This document shows positions 28,477 through 39,630 of a stretch of 64,000 nt of DNA, one piece after another. This DNA is from an uncultured bacterium (GTDB lineage: Bacteria; Krumholzibacteriota; Krumholzibacteriia; Krumholzibacteriales; Krumholzibacteriaceae): NCBI GenBank assembly GCA_963786935.1, contig CAWBAN010000001.1:352001-416000 (forward strand). Reading direction: 5' to 3'. The notes beneath the pieces were generated by a model, which saw nothing but the letters and a program-made list of their open reading frames with translations, searched no databases and was not told the DNA's origin. Within the stretch, counting starts at the first letter, position 1. Each line of letters begins with the position of its first letter. The position numbers and the translations under genes were made by a program.

Positions 28477-29532
28477 ATGAAACTCGGCGATTTCGATTAC
28501 GAGCTTCCGCAGGAGCTCGTCGCGCAGCATCCGTCGGAGGCGCGCGACGCGAGCCGTCTCATCGTCCTCGACCGCTCGGGCGAAGACATCCGGGAGACGC
28601 TCTTTTCGAATTTTCCCCGCTTTCTCCGCGAGGGGGACATCCTCGTCCTGAACGAGACGCGCGTGATTCCGGCGCGGATCCTGTGCCGGCGGACGACCGG
28701 CGGTCTCGTCGAGGTGTTTCTCGTGCGGCGCCTCGCCGACCGGCGCTGGATCGCGATGCTCCGCCCCGCGAGCAGGCTCCGCGAGGGGGAGGCCGTGCTC
28801 GTCGGGGACGGGGACCTCGCGATCGCGATCGGCGCGGCCGCCGGCGAGGGGGAACGCGAGGTGTTCCTGCCCTCGTCGGTCGACGAGCGCCGGTTCCTCG
28901 AGACGCACGGGCACGTGCCGCTCCCGCCCTATATCAAGCGCGAGGACGACGAGCGGGACCGCGAGCGCTATCAGACGGTGTACGCCCGCCGCGACGGCTC
29001 CGTCGCGGCGCCGACCGCGGGGCTCCATTTCACCAAGGAGACGCTCTTCGAGGTCCGGCGCCGGGGCGTGACGGTCGTGCCCGTCACGCTGCACGTCGGC
29101 CCCGGAACCTTCCGCCCGCTCGCGAACGAGACGGTCGAGGAGAACCGCCTCGAGAGCGAGTTCGCGCTCGTGCGGAAGGACAGCTGGGAGGAGATCAGGG
29201 GGGCCCGCCGCGCGGGGCGCAGGGTCGTCGCGGTCGGCACGACGACGACCCGCGTGCTCGAGACGCTCGCCCTCGGGCCGCTCGCGAAACAGGAGGAGCG
29301 CGTCATCGACGGGGAGACCTATCTCGCGGGCACGACGGATCTCTTCATCTATCCGGGATTCCGGTTCAAGGTCGTGGACGCGCTCCTCACGAATCTCCAC
29401 CTGCCCAAATCGAGCCTTCTGCTCCTCGTCGCCGCCTTCGCCGGCCGGGACACGGTGCTCAAGACGTACCGGTGGGCGATCGGGAGGAAGTTCAGGTTCT
29501 ACAGCTACGGGGACGCGATGTTCATCCGGTAG
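28477..29532 (+). CDS. queA: S-adenosylmethionine:tRNA ribosyltransferase-isomerase
   Basis: DFDYELP, PLPPYIKR, YQTVYA, AAPTAGLHF, HVGPGTF, FYSYGDAM. Confidence 0.97.
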   Translation: MKLGDFDYELPQELVAQHPSEARDASRLIVLDRSGEDIRETLFSNFPRFLREGDILVLNETRVIPARILCRRTTGGLVEVFLVRRLADRRWIAMLRPASRLREGEAVLVGDGDLAIAIGAAAGEGEREVFLPSSVDERRFLETHGHVPLPPYIKREDDERDRERYQTVYARRDGSVAAPTAGLHFTKETLFEVRRRGVTVVPVTLHVGPGTFRPLANETVEENRLESEFALVRKDSWEEIRGARRAGRRVVAVGTTTTRVLETLALGPLAKQEERVIDGETYLAGTTDLFIYPGFRFKVVDALLTNLHLPKSSLLLLVAAFAGRDTVLKTYRWAIGRKFRFYSYGDAMFIR

Positions 29533-30684
<1,152 letters not shown>

Positions 30685-30708
30685 ACGGACCGATACCAAG
30701 GAGGAACG

Positions 30709-31035
30709 ATGCACAGTCTATTTTTCGCGTTCAGCAACAATCCGTCGGGGGGCGCCCAGGGCGGCCCTTCTCTCCTCGTGAGCTTCGTGCCGATTCTCCT
30801 GATCTTCGTGATCTTCTATCTCCTCCTCATCCTGCCGCAGCAGAAGAAGCAGAAGCAGCACCAGAGCATGCTCAACTCGCTGACCAAGGGGGACCGCATC
30901 GTGACGACGGGCGGCATGTACGGCACGGTCGCCGACGTGAAGGACAACATGATCGTCCTCAAGATCTCCGAGGACGTCAAGGTCGAGCTCGTCAAGAACG
31001 CCGTTGCCGCCGTCATCGACAAGAAAGCGAGCTAG
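30709..31035 (+). CDS. yajC: Preprotein translocase subunit YajC
   Basis: FVIFYLLLILPQQKKQK, KGDRIVTTGGMYGTV; follows tgt. Confidence 0.95.
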   Translation: MHSLFFAFSNNPSGGAQGGPSLLVSFVPILLIFVIFYLLLILPQQKKQKQHQSMLNSLTKGDRIVTTGGMYGTVADVKDNMIVLKISEDVKVELVKNAVAAVIDKKAS

Positions 31036-31076
31036 GAGCGCGGGCTCGCGCGGCTCGTTCTCTCGAGAGGTCTCGG

Positions 31077-31595
31077 ATGGTGGAATCGTTCGGCATTCGA
31101 AAGTACGGAGACCGCGTGCTCCGCGGGAAGGGCGCCGTCGTCAAGGAGTTCGGCTCCGAGCTCAAGGCGCTCTTCGAACGGATGGAGCGGACGATGATCG
31201 CCGCGCGCGGCGTCGGTCTCGCCGCGCCGCAGATCGGCCTCTCGAAGCAGATCGCGATCGTGAATCCCGAGCCGGAGGATTCGGCGAAGCTGATCAAGAT
31301 GATCAATCCCCGCGTCGTCGCTTCGTCGAAGGAAACGGTGAAGATCGAGGAGGGCTGCCTGAGCGTCCCCGGCGTGCGGGGGGACGTCGCGCGTCCCGAG
31401 CGCGTCACCGTCGTCTACCAGGACGAGAGCGGCGCGGAGCGAACGCTCGAGGCCGAGGGGATGCTCGCGCGGATCGTTCAGCACGAGCTCGATCACCTGA
31501 ACGGCGTGCTCTTCATCGACCGGCTCTCCTTCGCGAAACGCTCGCTCATCAAGGCGAAGCTCAAGACCCTTGCCGGCGGCGGCAAGGAGAAATAG
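31077..31595 (+). CDS. def: Peptide deformylase
   Basis: GVGLAAPQIG, EEGCLS, QHELDHLNG. Confidence 0.97.
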   Translation: MVESFGIRKYGDRVLRGKGAVVKEFGSELKALFERMERTMIAARGVGLAAPQIGLSKQIAIVNPEPEDSAKLIKMINPRVVASSKETVKIEEGCLSVPGVRGDVARPERVTVVYQDESGAERTLEAEGMLARIVQHELDHLNGVLFIDRLSFAKRSLIKAKLKTLAGGGKEK

Positions 31596-31597
31596 CG

Positions 31598-32548
31598 ATG
31601 GAGCGCCTCATTTTTTTCGGATCCCCCGCCTTCGCCCTTCCGTCGCTCGAAGCGCTCGCCGCGAGCGAGTTCAAGCCCGTGCTCGTCGTGACGCAGCCCG
31701 ACCGGCCCGCCGGCCGCGGAAAAAACATCGTTCCCACGCCGGTCCGCGAGCTCGCGGGGAGGATCGGCGTTCCCGTGAAGATCATCGAGAGCTTCCGCGA
31801 GCCGGACGCGCTCGACGATCTTCGCGCCGCGGCGCCCGATTTCCTCGTCGTCGTCTCGTTCGGGAAGATTCTGCCGAAAGAGGCCCTCGGCATCGCGGCG
31901 AAAGGAAACATCAACCTCCACGCCTCGCTGCTGCCCCGGTACCGGGGAGCGAGCCCGATCGTCGGCGCGATCGTGAACGGCGATTCCTTCACCGGCGTGA
32001 CCACCATGGAGATGGCCGAGGCGCTCGATTCCGGCCCGATCTATCTGCAACGGATCGTCGGCATCGATCCGGCGGAAGACGCGGGCGCGCTCTCGGAGCG
32101 GCTCGCCGTTGCGGGGGCTCCGCTCCTCGTCGAGACGCTCCGGCGGATCGCGCGCGAGGGGCTGCGGCCGACGCCGCAGCCGGCCGACGGCGTCGTCACG
32201 GCCGCCCGCCTGCGCAAGGAGGACGGGCTCGTGCCGTGGGAGCGCGACGCCGTCGCGGTGCACAACCACATCCGGGGGATGAATCCGTGGCCGGGGAGCT
32301 TCTGCCGGTGCCGCGGCGCGTCCCTGAAGATTCACTGCTCGGAGCCGCGCGATCTCGTCCCGCGCGGGGCGGCGCCGGGCACGATTCTCGAGGCGCGGGG
32401 GGACACGATTCTCGTCGCGTGCGGGCGGGGCGCGGTGCGCCTTCTCGCGCTGCAGGCCGAGGGCAGGCGCGCGCTGGCGGCGGCGGATTTTCTCCGCGGA
32501 TTCGCGCTCGAGAGGGGGGAGATCCTTGGCGGGCGGGCCGATCGATAG
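31598..32548 (+). CDS. fmt: Methionyl-tRNA formyltransferase
   Basis: IFFGSPAFA, VVTQPDRPAGRG, INLHASLLPRYRGASPI, PWPG. Confidence 0.96.
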   Translation: MERLIFFGSPAFALPSLEALAASEFKPVLVVTQPDRPAGRGKNIVPTPVRELAGRIGVPVKIIESFREPDALDDLRAAAPDFLVVVSFGKILPKEALGIAAKGNINLHASLLPRYRGASPIVGAIVNGDSFTGVTTMEMAEALDSGPIYLQRIVGIDPAEDAGALSERLAVAGAPLLVETLRRIAREGLRPTPQPADGVVTAARLRKEDGLVPWERDAVAVHNHIRGMNPWPGSFCRCRGASLKIHCSEPRDLVPRGAAPGTILEARGDTILVACGRGAVRLLALQAEGRRALAAADFLRGFALERGEILGGRADR

Positions 32549-33290
32549 GATTCGGAATCGCCAGTACCCGGCGGTTCTGCTCTATCTGCTCCTGATCGTC
32601 GCGGCCTTTTTCGCGGGCGTCGTGATCTTCGATCTCATCATCATGCCGCGAGTCGTGGGGCGCGGGGACGTCGAGAGCGCCCCCGCCATCGAAGGGATAA
32701 GCCTGAAGCAGGCGGAGGAGGTCTGCCGCAAGGAGCGGCTCGAGATTTCCGTCTCGGGCTATCGGAGCTCCGACGAGGTTCCGGAGGGCTACGTCATCGC
32801 GCAGGAGCCGCGTCAGGGGCAGCGCGTCAAGCGGGGGAGAGCGATCAAGGTCGCCGTGAGCTCGGGGCGCCGGATGGAGATCGTTCCGGGCTTCGCCGGG
32901 AAGACGCTTCGCGAGGCCGAGGTGCTCGTCTCGAGCGCCGGGCTCGCGAAGGGGCGCGTCGTGCGCGTCTTCGCCCCCGGCGAGGGGCAGCCCACCGTGC
33001 TCGCGACGAGCCCCGCGGCCGGCTCGAAGATCCCGCGCGGCGCCTCCGTCGACATCCTGCTCGCGATGCACGAGGAGCCGAAGGCCTACGTCATGCCCGA
33101 TCTCGTCGGAAGGGATTTCCCGTTCGTCAAGGACCGGCTCGAGCGCCTCGGGTTCAACGTCGTGCACGCCGCCTCGCGGCGGCGCGGCGAGGGGAGATTT
33201 CCGAACGCGATACTCTCGCAGGCTCCCCCGGCGGGGGCGAAGATCAGGGAAGGAGACACCATTGAGCTCGTCGTTTCATCGCTTGAATGA
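32526..33290 (+). CDS. Membrane-anchored PASTA-domain protein (3 PASTA, no kinase)
   Basis: Single TM, then three repeats of VP.l.G...A...l...V..Q.P..G..V..G..I.l.VS; start uncertain. Confidence 0.85.
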   Translation: MAGGPIDRIRNRQYPAVLLYLLLIVAAFFAGVVIFDLIIMPRVVGRGDVESAPAIEGISLKQAEEVCRKERLEISVSGYRSSDEVPEGYVIAQEPRQGQRVKRGRAIKVAVSSGRRMEIVPGFAGKTLREAEVLVSSAGLAKGRVVRVFAPGEGQPTVLATSPAAGSKIPRGASVDILLAMHEEPKAYVMPDLVGRDFPFVKDRLERLGFNVVHAASRRRGEGRFPNAILSQAPPAGAKIREGDTIELVVSSLE

Positions 33291-33948
33291 GGAGGGGCGC
33301 ACGGCCGTCGCGCCGTCGCTCCTCTCGGCCGATTTCTCGTGCCTCGAGCGGGAGATCCGCAGGGCGGAGGACGCGGGCGCGGACTTTCTCCATCTCGACG
33401 TCATGGACGGCGATTTCGTCCCCAACATCACCTTCGGCCCGATGATCGTCGAGGCGATCGCGCGGATCGCCCGCGTTCCGCTCATCACGCACCTCATGAT
33501 CTCGAATCCGGGGAAGTACGCCGAGCAGTTCGTGAAGGCGGGAAGCGCGGCCGTGAGCTTCCACTGGGAGGCGCTCGGCGCGGGGCACGAGGAGGTCATC
33601 GCGAATATCCGCGCGCGCGGCTGCGCGGCCGGCATCGCGATCAATCCCGACACGCCGCTCTCCGCGATCGAGCACCTGCTGAGCGATATCGATCTGCTCC
33701 TCGTCATGACCGTGTTCCCGGGCTTCGGCGGGCAGGAGCTTATCGCCGGCGCGATCTCGAAGATCGGCGAGGCGAGGCGCGCGAGGGACGAGAAGGGCTA
33801 CCGCTTCGTCATCGAGGTGGACGGCGGGATCAAGCCGTCGAACGCCTCGCGGGTGCGCGAGCAAGGCGCGCAGATCATCGTGGCGGGCACGGCGGTTTTC
33901 AAGTGCCCCGATTACGCGGAAGCGATCCGGACGATCCGCGGATCGTGA
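33283..33948 (+). CDS. rpe: Ribulose-phosphate 3-epimerase
   Basis: APSLLSADF, HLDVMDG, VPNITFG, MTVFPGFGGQ, EVDGG; start approximate (TTG 33283 or 33262). Confidence 0.96.
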   Translation: MNEEGRTAVAPSLLSADFSCLEREIRRAEDAGADFLHLDVMDGDFVPNITFGPMIVEAIARIARVPLITHLMISNPGKYAEQFVKAGSAAVSFHWEALGAGHEEVIANIRARGCAAGIAINPDTPLSAIEHLLSDIDLLLVMTVFPGFGGQELIAGAISKIGEARRARDEKGYRFVIEVDGGIKPSNASRVREQGAQIIVAGTAVFKCPDYAEAIRTIRGS

Positions 33949-34064
33949 TCGTGCCCCGGCACGCGGAGCGGCCCCGCCCCCGGCGCCCAAGAGCTTGATT
34001 TCCCTTGCACATTGCCGAAAAATTATGTTAGTTTAACTATTTTCCGGGCACGGGATGGGCGCAT

Positions 34065-35387
34065 TTGTTCCAAGACCTGAGCGATAAATTCGCGCACATT
34101 TTCAAGGAGCTGCGCGGGCAGGGGAAGGTCCGGGAGGGGCATATCGCGGAGGCCATGCGGGAAGTCCGGCGAGCCCTGCTCGAGGCAGACGTTAACTATA
34201 AGGTAGTCAAGGAGTTCGTCGGTCGGGTCGGCGAGCGCGCCGTCGGGCAGAAGGTGCTCGACAGCTTGACTCCCGACCAGCAGATAATCAAGATCGTCCA
34301 CGAGGAGCTCGTCACGCTTCTCGGGACGAAGCCGGTAAGCTTCAATCTCTCCGGATCCCCCGCCCCCGTCATGATCGTGGGGCTTCAGGGATCGGGGAAG
34401 ACGAGCTTCGCGGCGAAGCTCGCGGTTTTCGCGCGCAAGAAGGGGCGCCGGCCGCTCCTCGTCGCCGCCGATATATACCGGCCCGCCGCGATCGAGCAGC
34501 TCCGGGTGCTCGCGCGGCAGATCGACGTTCCGATCCACGCGCCGGGCGCCGACGTGCCGGTCGTGGAGATCGCGGAGAGCGCGCTGCGGGTCGCGAGGAA
34601 GGACCTCTGCGACACGGTCATCGTCGACACCGCGGGGCGGCTCCACATCGACCGGGAAATGATGGCGGAGCTCGGCTCCGTCAAGAAGGTTCTGGCACCG
34701 GAGGAGACGCTCCTCGTCCTCGACAGCATGACCGGCCAGGAAGCCGTTCGAGTCGCCGAGGAGTTCGCGCGGGAGGTCGATATCACCGGCGTGGTCCTCA
34801 CGAAGCTCGACGGGGACACGCGCGGCGGGGCGGCCTTGTCGGTCGCGAGCGTCACCGGCAAGCCGATCAAGTTCGCCTGCGTCGGCGAGAAGGTCGATGA
34901 CCTGGAGGCCTTCTACCCCGACCGGATGGCGAGCAGGATCCTGGGGATGGGGGACGTGCTGTCGCTCATCGAAAGAGCCCAGGATACGATCGACGCGAAG
35001 ACGGCCCAGGAACTCGAGCGCAAGCTCCGGAGGGAGTCGTTTACCCTCGAAGATTTCCTCGGGGAGCTGCAGCGCCTGAGAAAAATGGGCCCGCTCGATC
35101 AGGTCCTCGGGATGATACCCGGGGTGAAGATCCGCGGAGTCGCGGGGGGGGACGCCGGAGAGCGGGAGCTCAAGAGGATCGAGGCGATCATTCGATCGAT
35201 GACTCCCGAGGAACGGCGCGACCCGGCCATCATCGACGGATCGCGGCGGCGCCGCATCGCTGCCGGCAGCGGAACTGCCGTGCAGGATGTGAACCGTCTC
35301 CTGAACCAGTTTCAGGAAATGCGGAAGATGATGAAGCGTTTCTCGAAAATGGCGGGCAAGATGCCGTTCAATCTCCCGCCGTCGTAA
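34065..35387 (+). CDS. ffh: Signal recognition particle protein
   Basis: ALLEADVN, GLQGSGKT, DIYRPAA, DTAGR, TKLDGDTRGGAALS, M-domain SRRRRIAAGSG. Confidence 0.98.
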   Translation: MFQDLSDKFAHIFKELRGQGKVREGHIAEAMREVRRALLEADVNYKVVKEFVGRVGERAVGQKVLDSLTPDQQIIKIVHEELVTLLGTKPVSFNLSGSPAPVMIVGLQGSGKTSFAAKLAVFARKKGRRPLLVAADIYRPAAIEQLRVLARQIDVPIHAPGADVPVVEIAESALRVARKDLCDTVIVDTAGRLHIDREMMAELGSVKKVLAPEETLLVLDSMTGQEAVRVAEEFAREVDITGVVLTKLDGDTRGGAALSVASVTGKPIKFACVGEKVDDLEAFYPDRMASRILGMGDVLSLIERAQDTIDAKTAQELERKLRRESFTLEDFLGELQRLRKMGPLDQVLGMIPGVKIRGVAGGDAGERELKRIEAIIRSMTPEERRDPAIIDGSRRRRIAAGSGTAVQDVNRLLNQFQEMRKMMKRFSKMAGKMPFNLPPS

Positions 35388-35414
35388 CGAACGGGTTCTA
35401 CACGGAGGTACACG

Positions 35415-35855
35415 TTGTCGGTAAAGATCAGAATGCGGCGCATGGGCACGAAGAAGCGGCCCTTCTGGCGGATCGTCGCCATCGATTCCCGCAGCTCGCG
35501 GGACGGCAGGTTCATCGAGATTCTCGGCCATTACAATCCGATGGTCGAGCCGCCCGAGATCAAGGTCGACGACGACCGGATCTACTACTGGCTCGATAAG
35601 GGCGCGCTGCCGTCCGAGAAGGTGGGCATCATCCTGAAGAAGCTCGGGCTCATGGAGCGGTGGCGGATCCTGCGCACGGGCGCCACGATCCAGGAGGTCG
35701 AGACGAAGATCGCCGAGCGGCGGCTGAAGCAGCCGAAGGCAGTCGAGGGAAAGACGAAGAAGCAGCGGCCGGGAAAGAAGAAAGCGGCGAAGGCCGCGGC
35801 GGCGGCGAAGGCGGCCGAGGCCGCGCCCGAAGCGTCCGCCCCGAAAGAAGGGTAA
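35415..35855 (+). CDS. rpsP: 30S ribosomal protein S16 with C-terminal extension
   Basis: VKIRMRRMGTKKRPFWRIV, RDGRFIEILGHYNP, WLDKGA; Lys/Ala-rich tail. Confidence 0.96.
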   Translation: MSVKIRMRRMGTKKRPFWRIVAIDSRSSRDGRFIEILGHYNPMVEPPEIKVDDDRIYYWLDKGALPSEKVGIILKKLGLMERWRILRTGATIQEVETKIAERRLKQPKAVEGKTKKQRPGKKKAAKAAAAAKAAEAAPEASAPKEG

Positions 35856-35858
35856 GCC

Positions 35859-36104
35859 ATGAGTGTCTCGAAGATAAAGACGATGATCCGGAAGATATCC
35901 GAGATGCTCGTCGACAAGCCCGACAAGATCGTCATCGAGGAAGAGAAGCGGGACGACACGCACATCATCGTGCTCTCGGTCGCCAAGGACGACGTCGGCA
36001 AGATCATCGGGCGAAGCGGCCAGACGGCGAAGGCGCTGCGCGCGCTCGTCAACGCCGCGGCGACGCGCCTCGGCCAGAAGGTGTTGCTCGAGATTCGCGA
36101 ATAA
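35859..36104 (+). CDS. khpA: KH domain RNA-binding protein KhpA
   Basis: LVDKPD, DDVGKIIGRSGQTAKALR; between rpsP and rimM. Confidence 0.92.
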   Translation: MSVSKIKTMIRKISEMLVDKPDKIVIEEEKRDDTHIIVLSVAKDDVGKIIGRSGQTAKALRALVNAAATRLGQKVLLEIRE

Positions 36105-36116
36105 GGATTATGGGGA

Positions 36117-36638
36117 ATGACCGACACGGCGATTCTGGGCAGAATCGTGAAAGCGGTGGGCCTCAAGGGAGAGGTGAAGCTCTACCCGTCCCCCGATTTC
36201 TGGCTCGAGGCGCTCGATGCCGACGCGCTCGAAGTGCTCCTCGACGACGCCGTGCTGCGGACGGTGCGGGTCTCGCGCTCGCGCCCCAAGGGAGAGACCT
36301 ATATCCTCAAGCTCGAGGGGATCGATACGATCGAGGCGGCCGAACCGCTCGTCGGCTCGAGCCTCGCGCTCTCGCTGGCCGCGCTCGACGGCGCCTCGCC
36401 GCCCGCTGAGCTGCTCCCGTGCCAGCTGATCGGTCTCGACGCCGTGCTCGCGGACGGCGCCCCGTTCGGCGTCGTCGTCGACATGCTCCTCGGCGCCGCG
36501 CAGGACTGTCTCATCATCGAGCGCGAGGGGGAGCGGTATCTCGTTCCGAACGTGCCGGCGATCGTCCGGCGGATTTCGATCGAAGAGGGAATCATCGAGA
36601 TCGATCCCCCCGAGGGGCTTCTCGACCTGAGGTGGTAG
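36117..36638 (+). CDS. rimM: Ribosome maturation factor RimM
   Basis: LGRIVKAVGLKGEVK, LVP, IEIDPPEGLLDL; synteny. Confidence 0.92.
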   Translation: MTDTAILGRIVKAVGLKGEVKLYPSPDFWLEALDADALEVLLDDAVLRTVRVSRSRPKGETYILKLEGIDTIEAAEPLVGSSLALSLAALDGASPPAELLPCQLIGLDAVLADGAPFGVVVDMLLGAAQDCLIIEREGERYLVPNVPAIVRRISIEEGIIEIDPPEGLLDLRW

Positions 36639-36650
36639 GTCCGGGCCGGT

Positions 36651-37364
36651 ATGGACATCTATTTTCTGACGATCTTTCCGGATATGTTCCGGGAGCCGCT
36701 CGCCGCGGGGATGACGGGCGTCGCCGAGAAAAGCGGAGCGGCGCGCTACCACGTCGTGAACCTGCGCGATTTCGCGGAGGACCGATACGGCAGCGTCGAC
36801 GATTACCCGTACGGGGGCGGGCCGGGAATGATCCTCATGGCGCCGCCGATCCTCAAAGCGGTCGAATCGGTCCGATCGGCAGACGAGGGGGAAGACGCCC
36901 CGGTGATACTCCTCTCGCCGTGCGGACCGGTGTTCGACCAGGCGAAGGCGAACGAGCTCGCGGCGAAGAAGAAGCTCGTGTTCATCTGCGGGCGCTACAA
37001 GGGAGTCGACGAGCGGGTCCGCGATCTCGTCGTCACGGAGAGCATCTCGATCGGCGACTACATCCTGAGCGGCGGCGAGCTCGCCGCGCTCGTCGTCGCC
37101 GATTCGGTCGTCCGCCGTCTCCCCGGCGTGCTCGGCGACGAGCGCTCGGGGGAGTCGGACTCGTTCACCGCCGAACGGGAATTCTGTCTCGACGCGGCCT
37201 ATTACACGAGGCCGCCCGAGTATCGGGGGCTCGTGGTGCCCGAGGTGCTCATCTCGGGAAACCACGCGCGGATAGATCAGTGGCGGGTGGAATCGGCGCG
37301 CGAACGCACGCGGCGGTTCAGGCCCGATCTGTTGCTCAAGGCAGGCAAACAAGGAACGAATTGA
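36651..37364 (+). CDS. trmD: tRNA (guanine-N1)-methyltransferase
   Basis: [41 protein letters not shown]. Confidence 0.97.
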   Translation: MDIYFLTIFPDMFREPLAAGMTGVAEKSGAARYHVVNLRDFAEDRYGSVDDYPYGGGPGMILMAPPILKAVESVRSADEGEDAPVILLSPCGPVFDQAKANELAAKKKLVFICGRYKGVDERVRDLVVTESISIGDYILSGGELAALVVADSVVRRLPGVLGDERSGESDSFTAEREFCLDAAYYTRPPEYRGLVVPEVLISGNHARIDQWRVESARERTRRFRPDLLLKAGKQGTN

Positions 37365-37374
37365 AGGAGGAACC

Positions 37375-37731
37375 ATGGATATCCTCGATCAGATCGCAGC
37401 GAAACGAATGAAGGAGTCGACGAGCGAGTTCGCGGTCGGCGACACGGTGCGCGTCGATATCAGGGTCGTCGAAGGGGACCGGGAGCGCGTGCAGGCGTTT
37501 CAGGGAACGGTCATGCAGCGGCGCGGCTCGGGCCTCGGCGAGACGTTCACCGTTCGCAAGGTGAGCTCGGGCGTCGGCGTGGAGCGCATTTTCCCGCTCC
37601 ATTCGCCCAACGTCACCGCCATCCGCGTCCTGCGCAAGGGCAAGGTGCGGCGCGCGAAGCTCTTCTACCTGCGGGAGCTCAAGGGCAAAGCGGCGCGCAT
37701 CGCCGAGAGGATGGACAAGGTCGAGGAATGA
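37375..37731 (+). CDS. rplS: 50S ribosomal protein L19
   Basis: [45 protein letters not shown]. Confidence 0.98.
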   Translation: MDILDQIAAKRMKESTSEFAVGDTVRVDIRVVEGDRERVQAFQGTVMQRRGSGLGETFTVRKVSSGVGVERIFPLHSPNVTAIRVLRKGKVRRAKLFYLRELKGKAARIAERMDKVEE

Positions 37732-38348
37732 CGGTCGGCCGCCGGATCGCGTTCGAGGAACTGGTCCGGTTCGACGGCGCGCTCCGCGTTCCGCAGGCCG
37801 CCCTCGTCGCCGGCGTCGACGAGGCGGGGAGGGGAGCGCTCGCCGGCCCGGTGGTCGCGGCGGCGGTCATCTGCGAGCCGTGCGGCGAGCTGTGCGGGGT
37901 TCGCGATTCGAAGCTCGTGGGCGAGCGCGAGCGGGAGCGGCTCTTCGAGCGCATTCTCGAGCGGTGCCTCTGTCACGGCGTCGGGATCGTGGAAGCCGGC
38001 GAGATCGACCGCATCAACATCCTCAGGGCCACGCTCAAGGCGATGAAGATCGCCGTCGAGTCGCTCGGCGCTTCCCCCGATCTCGTGCTCGTCGACGGGA
38101 ACCGTCTCCCCGACCTGGCGGTCCCCGCGGTGGCGATCATCGGGGGGGACGCGAGGAGCTTTTCGATCGCCGCGGCGTCGATCGTGGCGAAGGTCACGCG
38201 GGATCGGATCATGCGGGAGAGCGCCGACGTCTTCCGCGGATACGGCTGGCGGGAGAACAAGGGATACGGCACGGCGCAGCACCGCGAGGCGATCGGAAGG
38301 CTGGGCCGGACCGAGTTTCACCGGAGGAGCTTCAGGACGGGCGCATGA
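37728..38348 (+). CDS. rnhB: Ribonuclease HII
   Basis: [46 protein letters not shown]. Confidence 0.97.
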   Translation: MTVGRRIAFEELVRFDGALRVPQAALVAGVDEAGRGALAGPVVAAAVICEPCGELCGVRDSKLVGERERERLFERILERCLCHGVGIVEAGEIDRINILRATLKAMKIAVESLGASPDLVLVDGNRLPDLAVPAVAIIGGDARSFSIAAASIVAKVTRDRIMRESADVFRGYGWRENKGYGTAQHREAIGRLGRTEFHRRSFRTGA

Positions 38349-38749
38349 GCCTCGGGGCGCCGGAGCAGGGGGTGGCGGCGGTGGTGGAGCGGAACGAGTC
38401 TCCCGGAGCGCTCGGCGAACGGATCGCGGCGCTCTATCTGCAGCTCGGCGGCTGCGAGATTCTCGAACGGAACTTCAGATTCGAGCACCTCGAGATCGAT
38501 CTCATCGTCCGGGACGGCCCGTGCGTCGCCTTCGTCGAGGTGAAGACCCGCCGGAGCCCCGCGTTCGGGGAGGCGGTCGAGGCGGTGAGCCGCGAGAAGC
38601 TGCGGAACATCAGGCGCGCCGCGCGGATGTTCCTGCTCTCCGCGCCGCCGGAGCGCCGGGCGAGCGAGTACCGGTTCGATCTCGTCGCGCTCGACTGCGA
38701 GTGGGGGAGCGGGCGGATGCGGCTGAGACACATCCGTGGCATCGGGTAG
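38345..38749 (+). CDS. yraN: YraN family protein
   Basis: GALGERIAALYL, ILERNFR, EIDLI, FVEVKTR, RFDLV; follows rnhB. Confidence 0.92.
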   Translation: MSLGAPEQGVAAVVERNESPGALGERIAALYLQLGGCEILERNFRFEHLEIDLIVRDGPCVAFVEVKTRRSPAFGEAVEAVSREKLRNIRRAARMFLLSAPPERRASEYRFDLVALDCEWGSGRMRLRHIRGIG

Positions 38750-38757
38750 AAAATGGC

Positions 38758-38786
38758 TTGATTTATCCCGTCGATCGCTCTATTTT
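38758..38786 (+). promoter_or_regulatory. Possible sigma70-type promoter
   Basis: TTGATT-17 nt-TATTTT upstream of the lipoprotein gene. Confidence 0.4.
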
Positions 38787-38833
38787 ACATGGGTATCGGT
38801 AACCCGAGATCGTTGAAGGAGGAGTTTGCGGCA

Positions 38834-39436
38834 ATGGCAACGAGATATTCGATGCTGGCTCTCTTGTTCGTATTCGTCTTCGCCGGCTGCGGCGTCACCG
38901 ACAAGGTCGTCAAAGACATACCGGTGCAGGACATGGACAAGCTCAACGAGAATTACGTCGGCAAAGATGCGTGGACGAGAGCGCTGCTCATCGATCTCGG
39001 GCCCGAGGGAGTCATCGATCGCGATACGAAGGTGAAGCTCGTCTCGCTCGATCTGCACTGGACCGGCTCCATCACCGTCAAGGGTCCGAACAAACGCAAC
39101 ATCACGCACGGGCTCGGGCTCGAGCGTCCGCTCACGATGGCCGCCGTCGAGGAGAAGCTCAACAGGCTCTTTTACTTCACCGATCCGGAATACCGCTACC
39201 GCATGAACCTCCGCAGCTACGGCAAGAAGACGGCGAAGGCGATTTTCGACCGTCAGCTTTTCAAGGGCATGAAACGAGAGGCCGCCATCGAGTCGTGGGG
39301 GTATCCCGACGAGATGAAGAGCGTCGATCTCTCCGGTCAGCTCGAAGAGCAGTGGATCTACAAGGATGTCCGCCAGAAGACCAAGAAGCGCTACGTCTAC
39401 ATCAGAGACGCGCAAGTGGATAACTGGGAAGAATAG
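38834..39436 (+). CDS. Hypothetical lipoprotein with SmpA/BamE-like C-terminal module
   Basis: Lipobox VFAGC; C-terminal GMKREAAIESWGYPD...EQWIY; SD AAGGAGGAG. Confidence 0.7.
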   Translation: MATRYSMLALLFVFVFAGCGVTDKVVKDIPVQDMDKLNENYVGKDAWTRALLIDLGPEGVIDRDTKVKLVSLDLHWTGSITVKGPNKRNITHGLGLERPLTMAAVEEKLNRLFYFTDPEYRYRMNLRSYGKKTAKAIFDRQLFKGMKREAAIESWGYPDEMKSVDLSGQLEEQWIYKDVRQKTKKRYVYIRDAQVDNWEE

Positions 39437-39503
39437 CCCGGCATCCCGCCGTCCGCCGCCGATATCCCGTTCGAACGATCGATCCGAGCGCCGCTTCCGG
39501 GGC

Positions 39504-39624
39504 AAAAAAAAGTCCCCGCCGGAACGTGGGGAGCACTCTTGGGACGCATCTCTTGATTCAAGAGCTGAGCCCGCGGTTATTTTAATCCAAGAACGCTCGC
39601 CTCACTGGTTCGGCAGGGACCTCT
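39504..39624 (-). ncRNA. Candidate small RNA, about 120 nt rod-shaped, possibly a short 6S-like RNA
   Basis: 5' GTCCCTGCCG-AAC pairs with 3' GTT-CCGGCGGGGAC followed by U8; GAGCGTTCTTG/CAAGAGTGCTC stem; A-rich unpaired GATTAAAATAACC; apical CTCTTG-AAT-CAAGAG; consensus promoter immediately upstream. Confidence 0.65.
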
Positions 39625-39630
39625 ATTTCA

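Noticed and set aside
30709..31035. yajC not followed by secD/secF
   Set aside because: Separation of yajC from secDF is common.
39504..39624. SRP (4.5S) RNA, given ffh nearby
   Set aside because: The conserved domain IV sequence (CAGG...GGAA...AGCAG) is absent on both strands.
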